Shown here: positions 34,258-45,168 of the stretch, piece after piece | Layout of the letters: each line of letters opens with the position of its first letter | Position numbering within the stretch: position 1 is the first letter of the stretch | NCBI RefSeq assembly: GCF_964194025.1 | Contig: NC_134471.1 | Coordinates: 5,704,001-5,768,000 of the forward strand | Length of the DNA: 64,000 nucleotides | Reading direction: 5' to 3' | Source of the DNA: Convolutriloba macropyga | Lineage: Eukaryota | Made by a program: the position numbers and the translations under genes | The notes under the pieces: generated by a model | The model's input: the letters and a program-made list of their open reading frames with translations, nothing else | Told to the model about the DNA's origin: nothing | Database searches by the model: none

Positions 34258-36445
34258 CAGGTGTCAACGCTGAAAAAACGCAAAATTGTGTAAGATTGGC
34301 GTTGAATGCGTTGAGTTTATGTAAGAGCTACGCTTGAGCGTAGATCTTACATATATTCAACGCTTTCAACGCCAATCTTACATAATTTTGCTTTGAATGT
34401 TGGCGTAGTTCTTACATATTTTGCGTTGAAATTTGGCATAGATCTTTCATATTTACCGTTGAGTTTTAGCGTTGATCTTACACATTTAGCGTTGAATTTA
34501 GCGTAGATCTTACATAAAATCAACGCATTCAACGCCGATCTTACATATTGTCCGTTGAATTTTGGCGTAGATCTTACATAAATTCAACGCAATCAACGTC
34601 AATCTTACATATTTGGCGTTGAATTTTGGCGTAAATTTTGCATATTTAGAGATGAATTTTAGCGTAGATCTTACATAAATTCAACGCTATCAACGACAAT
34701 CTCACATATTTTTTTGCGTTGAGTTTTTGCGTAGATCTTACATATTTAGCGTTGAATTTAGCGTAGATCTTACATAAATTTAACTCATTCAAAGCCAATC
34801 TTATGTTTTTAGCGTTAAATTTTAGCTCAGATCTTACATATTTAGCTAGCGTAGATCTTACATAAATCCAACGCATTGATCGTCAATCTTACATATTTTG
34901 CGTTAAATTTTTGCTTAGATCTTACAAACTTAGCATAGAATTTTAGCGTAGATCTTAGATAAACTCAACGCATTCAACGCCAATCTTACATATTTTGCGC
35001 TCATTTTTGGCGTAGATCTTACATATTTAGCGTTGAATTTTTTCCATTACATTTCAGACCAATTACTATTTCAAGAGTTTTTCAATTTTTTCAAAAAGTC
35101 AATTTTTTCACTGTTTCGATCCCTATACTTCACAGGTGAGAAAAGCGAAGTCAGCAAAAAACCACTCTTTAGTGCTCTTTTATAGTGCAAAATGGATTTC
35201 AAACCATTTTACGATTTCAAATTTTTTTTAAGTTTTCTCGAAAAATCAATTTTTTCACTGTTTCGAACCCTATAATGCTGCAAAGGTGAGAAACATGAAG
35301 TCAGAAAAAAATCATTTTTAGTGCTCTTTTATAGTGCAAAATCCAATTCGGACCATTTTACCAATTCAAATATTTCAATTTTTTTTTCGACTGTTTCGAC
35401 CCCTGTACTGCACAAGTGAGAAAAATGAAGTCAGCAAAAATAACCTTTGAGTGCTCTCTTACAGTGCAAAAACAATTTCAGACCATTTTAGGTATTCAAA
35501 TTTTTTTCAAAACTTCAAAAAAAATTTTAATTTTTCCCAGTAGGCCTTACATGGTAAATGCGTTGAATACATTGAAGATCTATGCTGATTTCAACGAAAA
35601 ATATGTAAGAGCTACGCTAAATTCAACGAAATAAATGCAAGTTCAACGCTAAATTCAACGCAAAGTATCTAAAGTCTACGCTAAAGTCAACGCAAAATAT
35701 GTAAGATTTACATTTTATAAGGATTGCGGCTCTTAAGGAACTAAGAAACTGTGGCACAATGGTAGAAGAGGCGACAAGAAAGGAGGAGGTCAGTTGTTCG
35801 AGTCCCATACGCAATTGTAGGTTAATAGTTCAATTGAACGCTTTGATTTTTTGTAAGATCCACGCTAAATTCAACGCAAAAATATGTAAGATCTACCTTA
35901 AAATCAACGCTAAATATATAAGATCTACGTTAAAATCAACGCAAAATATGTAAGGTCTACGCTAGATTCACCGCAGAATATGTAATATCTACATTTTATA
36001 AGGATTGCGGCTCTTAAGGAAACCAAGAAACTGTGGCACAAAGGTAGAAGAGGCGACAAGCAAGAAGGAGGTAAGTAGTTCGAGTCCCATACGCAATAGT
36101 AGGTGAATAGTTCAAGTGAACGCTTTGATTAATTGTAAGATAAGCGCTAAATTCAACGCAAAATTATGTAATATCTACGCTAAATTCAACGCTAATTATG
36201 TAAGATCCACGCTAAATTCTACGCTAAATATGTAAGATCTACGCTAAATTCAACGCTAAATATGTAAGATCAGCGGCAGCTAGCGTTGACAAGTCGGAAA
36301 ATTCACCGCCATTTCTTACATAATTTTGCGTTGAATGCGTTGAGTTTTTGTCTTTAAATTGAACGCATTCAACGCAAAATTATGTAAGAAAATTGCGGTG
36401 AATTTTCCAACCTGTCAACGCTAGTTGCCGCTGATCTTACATAAT
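34258..36445. repeat. Foldback-like structure of inverted ~30-35 bp minisatellite arrays
   Basis: Units with gcgtagatcttacata repeat over ~34340-35040, and the reverse complement tatgtaagatctacgc repeats over ~35560-36270. The spacer holds ~3 tandem units of ~130-150 bp. A terminal ~185-bp hairpin lies at 36260-36445. Confidence 0.85.
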
Positions 36446-36559
36446 TTTGGCCAAATTCCTTGGCCCGGGCAGCGCAGATTGGCTTTAATTTAATACAATA
36501 CTTTTTTATATGCAATATATGGCATTGTGAAACTATAGTTCCTCCAAGATGGACCTCAA

Positions 36560-36745
36560 CTGTTCAGGTGTGTTTTTCAGGTAAATTTAAGGTATGTTCA
36601 GGTAAAAGTTCAGGTGGTGCCCCCTTAATTTTTCAGGTAATTTTCAGGTAAAGTTGAGGTAAGTTAAGGTAAGTTCAGGTAAGGCAAAACTACCTGAACG
36701 TTTCAGGTAAGTTAAGGTATTTTTTCAGGTAAGTTTACCTGAACT
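36560..36745. repeat. Degenerate (TTCAGGTAAG)-type short tandem repeat
   Basis: Many ttcaggtaa/ttaaggtaa units. Confidence 0.8.
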
Positions 36746-36976
36746 TTATTTAGTGTGTATGTACATTTACAATGATTGGTGACGGGGCTAAATCTTTTGT
36801 AACCACTTAGCTAAGGGGCTATAGTGGGAAAGACTCAGTGATTCAATTGATTTTTATTTGGTGTTAAACTTTTGCCTAAACACCCAATGCCAAAATAAAC
36901 AAATAGACATGTTACCCTTGTATTGGGTGTTTTAGGAACGGGTAAATTGTATGACCTTTCAGCTTCCGCGTTTTAG

Positions 36977-37165
36977 GAGAATTCTTGTGGGGGTGACTCG
37001 GGTGGACCTGCTTACCCCTTGACGAAAGGCAACAAAGCTCAATGTCTGTATGGCTTGGTGTCTTATGGCCCAGAAAAATGTGATGGATATAGTGTGTACA
37101 CGCGGGTGTCAGCTTACGCCGAATGGACAAAAACAAAACATGAACTAGTCATTGTGCAGTTTTGA
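36977..37165 (+). CDS. Serine protease exon 4 (last); not in the ORF track
   Basis: Acceptor ttttag|. ENSCGGDSGGPAYPLTKGNKAQCLYGLVSYGPEKCDGYSVYTRVSAYAEWTKTKHELVIVQF* contains the GDSGGP catalytic Ser. The four exons total 798 nt (265 aa + stop). AATAAA at ~37334. Confidence 0.92.
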   Translation, partial: ENSCGGDSGGPAYPLTKGNKAQCLYGLVSYGPEKCDGYSVYTRVSAYAEWTKTKHELVIVQF

Positions 37166-37399
37166 CCACCTAAGCAACTAATTTTCACAGAACATTAACA
37201 GTTTTTGCAATTTTCGACCAACTAGGTAACTGAGTAACTGATTTTCAGTCAAATAAGCATTTTAAGAAAACCTCAATCACTATTCTTGCTGAAACAAAAT
37301 GCAAGGAACTTTTTTCTTTTCATTTTTGATAATAATAAATTGTTCCCATCAGGCATCTACAGTGCGTTAGTGAAATTTGCAGTGCATTAGTGAAACTTA

Positions 37400-37871
37400 T
37401 TAATTGCTCTCAAACGAAGTTTGTAGCAATTATATTAGTCCTGTCGGTCTTTTTTTATGCGATTTTTCGCTTGACCGATTTTTCGTCTGACGTTTTTGAC
37501 TTTTCGTCCTCGAAAACGGGATAAACAGGTAGCGCCCAGCGGGTATACTGTACGGGTACAAGACATACTTATGGTGTGAAGAGCGGTTCCTAGAGGTTGA
37601 AGACCCCCCCCCCCCCCAACTGTTGACCCCCCCCCCCCCCCACTATGGCCCCCCACTATTAGTGGAAAAGTTTCCACTAATGTGGAAACTTTTCTTTTGA
37701 ATTTTGCACTTTCAGTTTTTTTTTCTATATGATTTAGTTACTAACAAGTCTAGAAAACTTAAAGTTTTAGAGCCGAATCTCATCATGGAAAAAATTCCCA
37801 GCTCTCTCTCAATCTCTCTCTGTGTTGGCTGGCGTTTCTTTCCCTCTCTTTCTCGCTCACGTTTAATCTCG

Positions 37872-37904
<33 letters not shown>

Positions 37905-38091
37905 TAACTCTTTTGTTGATGCCGCACTTCAGCGGCTGTTATGTGGCATGATGTCATCGTCTATTACCCTAATCTCAGTTCCCTTCAAGCAAGCTAAAAC
38001 TAACCCCACTAATCAGTGGCTAGGTACTGACGAAGCCAACCCTTCGCCGGTCGTTTGAGAGCAATTCGCCCGACGTTAGTCGGTTATGTTC
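37400..38091 (+). mobile_element. Helentron-type family D copy
   Basis: 5' taattgctctcaaac-gaa-gtttgtagcaatta and 3' gtttgagagcaatt plus stem-loop ccgac-gtta-gtcgg followed by ttatgtt. Internal (CT)n at ~37875-37902. Confidence 0.65.
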
Positions 38092-39556
38092 AATATTTTT
38101 GATACATAAGACAGCGGGAAGGCATAATTTGGGCCGATGACCTGTTTTTAAGTGTGGGCAAAATTGTTCTGAACAATAAAACCCACTAAAAATAAATAAG
38201 AAAATTGCACTCTTTCAACCATTTAACAACTTGTTCTCAAAATCAGCGCATTAAGTTTTTTTAGGCATTAAGTTTTTTTAGAGACTTTCAGCTCACTAGA
38301 CCCCAAATATGCGATTCACAGAAACTGTTTTGGATACTTAAACCTATGGTGTGAAGGGCGGTTCCCAGAAGCAATGTTACTCGGTTATTTTTATTGCTTT
38401 ATCAGATATGTCTGCTTAGAATAAATTTCATCCCTTAAAGGTATATTATAAGACAACTGTGCAAAGCCCAGAGGTCATCAACTGGCAGGGTAGCTCTCTT
38501 AGAGCCTTACTAGTCTAAATATGCAATTCACCAAAAATGTTTTGAGGGAAAATTAAGGTGTGAAGGCCGTTAATAGTCTCAAATTTTTTACCCTCTCCGT
38601 CACCTCTAGCCCCTACACGAACATGGCGAACTGCACCACCCTCTCGAACAGTTCCCACAAAACCTTACCTCCACTCCGTTCACCCCATCCAATGCTTGCA
38701 TTCCTAAACCCCAGCCGGATACTACCGCATTATGCTACCGCATTTTTAATTTCTGCATTATGATTACCACTGATGACTTTTCAAAAAAATTCTTGACTAA
38801 ATTTAGCCTCCAAGGTTTTATTTTCAGTTTGGTTTTACTGATGCCGCATTGAAAGTCAAATGATAGGCCGCACATTGAGGATTCAATGATGGCTGCAATG
38901 ATGATTCCACGTTTCAGACGCAAACAACGTGCCAAAGTCAACAAAAAGGAGCAATGCTGCTCACAAAATGTACAGCCTGAAAAAAAGCAGCCGAGAGCAA
39001 GTTGCTGTTGCTTAATGCTGTTATAATGTGATTAGGTTGAGACACCAATTATTAATTAACTTCAATCTGAAATGCCACAGCCAAATTGCAGAGACAAGCC
39101 ATCTTGCGTGACTTTTGTCTGCAAAAGTTTGGTTCCGAATATGGTATTTGCAATGACTCCTTCGGGAGCTTTATTGGAAAGAGATTGCAAAAGCTTCACC
39201 AAAATCTTTATCATTGAGTGCTCAGTTGGCAGTTTCCTACTAACTACGGCTTCTTAGGCCATTTATTTCACCTTTTAAACCACGCTTTGCCTCTGGATTT
39301 CTTTAGGTCTGGCATTTGTCGATTTTGGGGCAATAGTTTCAGATCTTTTTAATTGAAGGACGATCTTCAAATTTCCATAAAAGAATTTCATTACCGAATT
39401 TTATTTCTAAATACAATACACTACTTGCCAATATGGATTACATCAAACGGACGGAATGTTTTTAATATTTAGAAACTTTGAAATCTTCAAAATAATGAAT
39501 AGCATTTCTGGTATCACGTAATTAACTTTAAGAATAACACAAAAAGAAGTTTGTTT

Positions 39557-39706
39557 CTATGGGCAGTTGGTCTGGTCAGTGACGACAAAGTCATTGATGT
39601 CAACTCCGATGGCTGTCAAGTTGGCGGAGAGAGAAGAGACGATAGATGGTGCCAGAGTGCTCTGTCTGGACAGAATCCACGCATATTGGGCACCCACGCC
39701 CAAAAC
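39557..39706 (-). CDS. ApoD-like lipocalin, exon 3 (not in the ORF track)
   Basis: Acceptor ttttgcag|. VLGVGAQYAWILSRQSTL...TDQTNCP* has SCR3 (AWILSR) and the ApoD-type terminal Cys. The three exons total 567 nt (188 aa). Confidence 0.93.
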   Translation of the reverse strand, partial: VLGVGAQYAWILSRQSTLAPSIVSSLSANLTAIGVDINDFVVTDQTNCP

Positions 39707-40076
39707 CTGCAAAAGGTCACAAAATTTAATACAAACATTGTTTGCAATCGGAAATCATAAGGCAGGATTTTTTCGACTGATATCTGTTTTCAAACATAGA
39801 TTAACCGTTTTCAAACTTTAAAAAATTGACTGATTCCGCGCCTTTTCCGACGTTTTTGCATATAGCAATAGTGTCAAAAATATAGTGGTATAGAACTTCG
39901 TACTTAAATCCCAAAAAATACGTCAGTTTAAGGTTTTTCTCGTGTTGAGGGGGTGTTATAATTTATTTCACCAATAAGTTACGCAACTTGTTATCGCAAC
40001 AAAAGTTGATTAAAGCCCAATAAAATTAGTGTTCGTTCTCTCAAGAAGGTTGTTCTGAATTACAACTGAAACTTAC

Positions 40077-40276
40077 ATCTGAACAACTGTAGATGAGAGC
40101 ATATTGAGATGTGTCAAGGGCTATGAGGTTGTAGTTGGGCACTGTTGGTACGAAAGGGTTCACTCCGAATGAGACTATGAATGCACCCAGGGGAGGGGTG
40201 GGCTGGGTGGCCTTACCAATCACACTAGTGTACTCAGATCCATCGAAGCCAGTGTTGTTCACATTCACGTAAGGAC
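40077..40276 (-). CDS. ApoD-like lipocalin, exon 2
   Basis: Acceptor ttaag|, phase 1. GPYVNVNNTG...PNYNLIALDTSQYALIYSCSD (SCR2 region). Donor GAT|GTAAGT. Confidence 0.9.
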
Positions 40277-40863
40277 CTTAAACCAAGATAAACAGACCGG
40301 TTCAATCGAACTAAAAAGTACAAATATTAGGACTTTCCTATTAGACCCCTCCCCCCCCCCCCAAGCTTAGTGGCCAGATAACCTATAGCCCCTCCCATCC
40401 AATCATGATAACTATAACATAGGGGCGGGGGAATCGACTGAGAAAGACCCCACATATTCATATTTCTGGCACCGAAATTATAACGGCCACTACAGGTGCT
40501 ATTAAAAAAACTCAAATGTGTAATTAGTGAAATTAAAAATAAATATAACCGACTACCGTCAAACTACACGTGATTGAGAACGATCTATTCTATGTCTCCC
40601 CTATAATGGGGGGAGAGTCTATTTTCTTTCATTTCTTGCGCAGGCCACTGACACCTTGATCAAAATAGGGACGAGGCATGTCTCCGCCTCCACAAAAATG
40701 GGTTTTTATTACTATAGGATATCACAGGGAAGTCTGCCGATTGCTCTTCAATACTTCATTTTTGTCTGATTCAAATTATTTCAAAAACAATTTTAACGCA
40801 TTTCCTACCAGTAACAAAAGGCCAGTTTCAATACATTTGCATTTTTTTCATTTTATCACTCAC

Positions 40864-41080
40864 CTGATGAGTCGCTCATGAGAGTGTACTCGGCGTAGTT
40901 GCATTCCAGTCCTCTCTCGAAAAAGTTTGTGAATTTTTGGATCTCGTACCACTTGCCCATGTAGGCCGACAAATCTGGCACGTCCACAATTTTGCCAGTG
41001 ATGTCTGGGCAGGTGCCAAAGTAGGGCTCACAGAAACATACTGCAAGTGAAACAGCAATCACTGCCAAAGTTCGCATCAT
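40864..41080 (-). CDS. Apolipoprotein D-like lipocalin, exon 1
   Basis: Signal peptide MMRTLAVIAVSLAVCFC, FGTCP, SCR1 motif YMGKWYEIQKF, FERGLECNYAEY. Donor G|GTGAGT, phase 1. Confidence 0.93.
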
Positions 41081-41572
41081 TTTTTCAATCAATTTAGCAA
41101 AATTAAAACGATTTAAGAACTACTGAACTTAAAACTGCAAAACAAGAAAATGATAATAAGTTGTTTTGCAGCACAAATTGAGCTTTCAAAGTGTCAAATA
41201 TTTGCATTTAATTGTTTACTTATTTTCATGGTCATTGTCATTTGATTAACTTATAATGGATGCAGGAAAATTATTAGTTATCAGGCCTACGCCAGGGTGA
41301 AAAACAAACACTTCAGAATTTTGTTCAAAGGGTTAGAAAAGTTTAATGCAAACGCCAAGAAAAGCAATCACATCTTTCAGAGAGCAAATATTTCAAAATA
41401 AACAACTAAATAGCAATGGGTGATAGAGAAATTGGTCGACAGGGGGTTTAACCGACAAGTAGGAAATCAGAAAATTACCGGACAGCTTAACTCTGATTGC
41501 CAACAAAACTGACCCGTCAAAACATCACTGGTTCGTCCGTTAATTACATTTGGTGTGAGGTCGGGTTGTCTG

Positions 41573-44085
41573 TTTAATAGCCGCGAAGCGATAGCGGCTA
41601 TTATTGGGGACATCGTGTTTTTACAATTCAAAGAATTTGAATTGTATTGGGGCGCTGTCTTTTTTACGACTCGAAGAGGAGTATTGGAGAAGTCCTTTTT
41701 TTTTAATCAATTTTATTGGAGTGAATTTTGAAGCGGGAAATGAAACGCGTGAAAAAATTTGGAGTGATTTTGAGTGCTGAACAAAAGTGAAGAGCGGAGC
41801 GAAAAGAGAGTGGTTTTTTGTTCATACCGCTGGTTTTGAGAGAGCGAGAAAGTGATGTGTGAAAAAATTTTCTCTGAGCGAGCGAAATTTTTTTGTTCAC
41901 GTGCGGCTTTTAAAAGCAGGTTTTTTGCAATTTTTCTTGTTTATGAGGTTTGATTATGATATTGTATTGGATTTGGGCTCGTTCTGATAGGAATTGAAGG
42001 TTTCAAGTAGTTAATTTGAGTTTTATGCAAATTTGGAGGTTTTTGATCAGTTTTGGTGATTTTTCGACGAAATTTAATGTATTTTGGCCTTTTATTTTGT
42101 TTTAATGCTTTAAGTGCAATTTTCATAGAAGCTCGTTACTCAAGGAATATCAGGGATACAAATTGATTACAATTTTGTTGGTATAAAACATTTTTTCTGA
42201 GGAAAAATGACAGAAAAATTGAGAACTTTTTAACCAGTTTTTTAAATTTTTTGCTTCTTTTCGTTTTTTTTCAATCGTAGACAATTTTATTAACTTGTTA
42301 TGACTTGCCCATTATTTCTCGAGCAGTTCATTGCTCTATTTGCTCAAAGTAACTTCATTTGGCTTTATTTTTTCTTGTAAAATTTTAAAAACACCTTATT
42401 TTTCTCGTTTTTTTTTGTTTAATTTGATTTTAAATGTCGTTTCTATTCTTCCTCAGCCTTTGAGAGCATTTGGGGAGTTTTCTAGTGGAATTCAGTTGTG
42501 TTAGCTCTTTTGGATGTCTCTCATTTTGATTAATATTAGTTTCGAGTTGTTTTTGTTAAAGAAAATCGAGTAAATCAGAGCAAATTTTGGCCACTTTTTG
42601 TCATTTTTCTAAGTTTTTTTGCCTATTTCTTCCAATTTGATGTTTTTTGCAGGCAACTTTTTCCCAATAAGGAGCATTTTTGTAGGTGTTCATACTATGA
42701 ATTTTCACTTGAAGGCTTAGCAGGGCAGTTTTCATTTAAACAAATTATACAAAACTCTAATTCGTCAAAGAGTTTTTCTTAGTCTTTTTTAGTTTGTTGT
42801 TTAACGTTTCTCTGCAAGTACTAGGTGGGCGATTGATCTAGCCAAATATATAACTAATTGATTTCTATGAGTTATGGATGGGAAGCTGCATGTTATCTTT
42901 TGGTAGAGAATTTTCTTTAGATTTTTAGAGAATAATTTTTTTTTGATTTTGTCCTTTGTGAAGTTTCCAGTCTTTTCTTTGTGAATTGGTTACACTGTCT
43001 GTCGATTGCTAATATGCTGGTGATTTCTACTTCGAGTCGTTTCCGGAATTCTTCCGGCTATGTTTTTTTTTAAGATCTGTCCACACATTTTCACGATTTT
43101 TGAAGTCAAATTGGAGTAGTGATTTTGGTCACGCAGAAACAGGAAATGGAGCGAAAAAGCGAGTAGTTTTGCGGCGTGAATTTTTTTCGCTCTAATTTTA
43201 AAGTAGAGTGAGAAAACAGTGTTTGAACAAAAATTCGGTTTCTCCGTAGTGGTTTTTTGTTCACATGCGGCAATTTCACTCTGATTTTTTGCTGTTTTTT
43301 CGATTTTTTGGATCGGATTTTTTTCTAAATGGTTTTCCCGATCATTCACAGCTCATTCTAGGCCTAGCTTTTTGTTTGAATTAAATTTTCATTTCTCGCT
43401 AGTAGTTTTTTTGTTCACATGCGGCATTTTGACATTGATTTTCTGTTTATTTCTTATTTATTTGTTCTGATTTTTTTAAAATGGTTTTTATCAATTCACT
43501 CATAGTCCATTCTAGGTCTAGTTTTTCTGTTTAGTCAATGAAAAATCTTTGAATTGTACGTCAGGACTTGTCCTGCTATGTTTTTTTGTAATTCGTCGTC
43601 TCCATCGATGATTCTTACGACCTGACTTCTTGGAATTGACTTCTTGGAATTGACTTCAGTGACTTCTATTGCTTTGGAGTTAAAATTTGTGTACGTGACG
43701 TTGTTTCTGCTTTTAGGTCAATTGCATGACTTACCTCACTCAAAAAATTGACTTCTGAACTCACTTATGGAACTTTAATTTTTAATGAAGATTTACTAGT
43801 TAATAGTGTGCATCTAAGTAGTGCCAATCTTGTATGCCCTAATTCGTGATTATTAGTGTTGAGTTTTTGATTTCGAATATCAATTTTGAAATAGCTCTTT
43901 AAGGGCGTTTTCCTTATAGAACGTATGTGTCAAAAATTGAGTCCGAAGCTAACCCGAAAAGTCTAGTGGTCTATTGGAGGACTGGTGGTCGATCTGTCTA
44001 TCTTATTTCTTTAGGTGTTTCAATTCCTGGAAGGCCACGAGCGTCTATCGCGGCTATTTTCCGGCAATCTGCCGGCTATGTTTTT
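41573..44085 (+). mobile_element. Helentron-type (DINE-1/HINE-like) non-autonomous element, family C, complete copy
   Basis: 5' subTIR aatagccgcga (41576) with the adjacent inverted repeat gcggctatt. Exact reverse-complement 3' subTIR tcgcggctatt (44048-44058), then stem-loop ccggca-atc-tgccgg (44061-44075). Both ends lie in T runs and there is no TSD. Confidence 0.82.
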
Positions 44086-44996
44086 CATATTTGTTGGTTG
44101 ACGGTTAAACTCACTGTCGGCCAATTCGACTATCAACCTATAGATATTAATAAATGGAATGTAGAATGAAATGTTAAGCTATGTCACAAAAGTTAGTTGA
44201 TCAGCCCAGCCCACACTTGTTGAAAGTTCATTCATAATATTTGACTTTTAGTTCACTCGACCAATGACCAAAAAGTGAATCTTCCGTTAAAGTCTTCGAA
44301 TGAACTCATAAAAAGCGAGCAAAGTGCAAGTAATAAATTGAATGCGGAATCAAATTGCATATTTGGAAATTTAATTGTTCCGTCCATCTTATTCAATTAG
44401 GTACCATTTATTATCACCTCGGTTCAATCAATTTTCGGTCGATCGATATAGTTGCCGTAGAAATTCGCAAACGCTTAAAATCAAAAAGGCATTCATGCGT
44501 CAATCTTTTTTGAATTTCGTTTTCTTCGATATGATACGGCGATTCAAAGTTCTTGGTTTAACTTAGGCTAAGTTGACTGAAGTTAGGCACAAATTACAAA
44601 TTTTGTCCATATACGACAAATTAATCCAGAGTTCGTACATTTTGTATCTTGAGAAACAAGACTAAGAAATTGAAATGATTGGAAGATATTATTAGTTTTT
44701 AGTGTAGAAAATTTAGTGTAGCGATAAAAAAAAATTGGCGCAAAATGATCTTCACCCATTTAGAAAAAGGCTGCTGCGTCATAATAAATTTCTTAAAAAG
44801 TAATGGGCAAATGTAATGAAAAATTAGTGGATAAATAAAATATCAATGAAGCAAGCGTTTTGATTATTCAGTGTTTCCAAGAACTGTGTAATTTTAAATT
44901 GATTAATTATGTCCTCATTTATCTCTAAGTTTTAGCCAACTTTAAAACAAACTACATCAAAAAATCTTGGCTAAATTAAATGTTATTAGAATGATC

Positions 44997-45168
44997 GGAT
45001 CTTTTCCGTTTGTGCCCCCCAGTACGTTATGCGCCCCCAGTTACAGAGCACGTGCCATTACATAGTAAATCACTATGTAAAAATATTGCACGTGCGTCTG
45101 GGGGTTGCAAATAATATGCGCCCACTAAGCTGGGGGGGGGGGGGGGGGGGCACAAACGGAAAAGATCC
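44997..45168. mobile_element. MITE family B (TIR GGATCTTTTCCGTTTGTGCCCC), 8-bp TSD
   Basis: Perfect TIRs and perfect TSD gaatgatc (44989-44996 / 45169-45176). Related copies lie near 8950, 9600-9820, 16070-16265, 17670-17935, 49740-49997 and 52648. Confidence 0.93.

Noticed and set aside
34347-35953. ORFs rich in CKIYAKFNAKYVRST
   Set aside because: Translations of the minisatellite.
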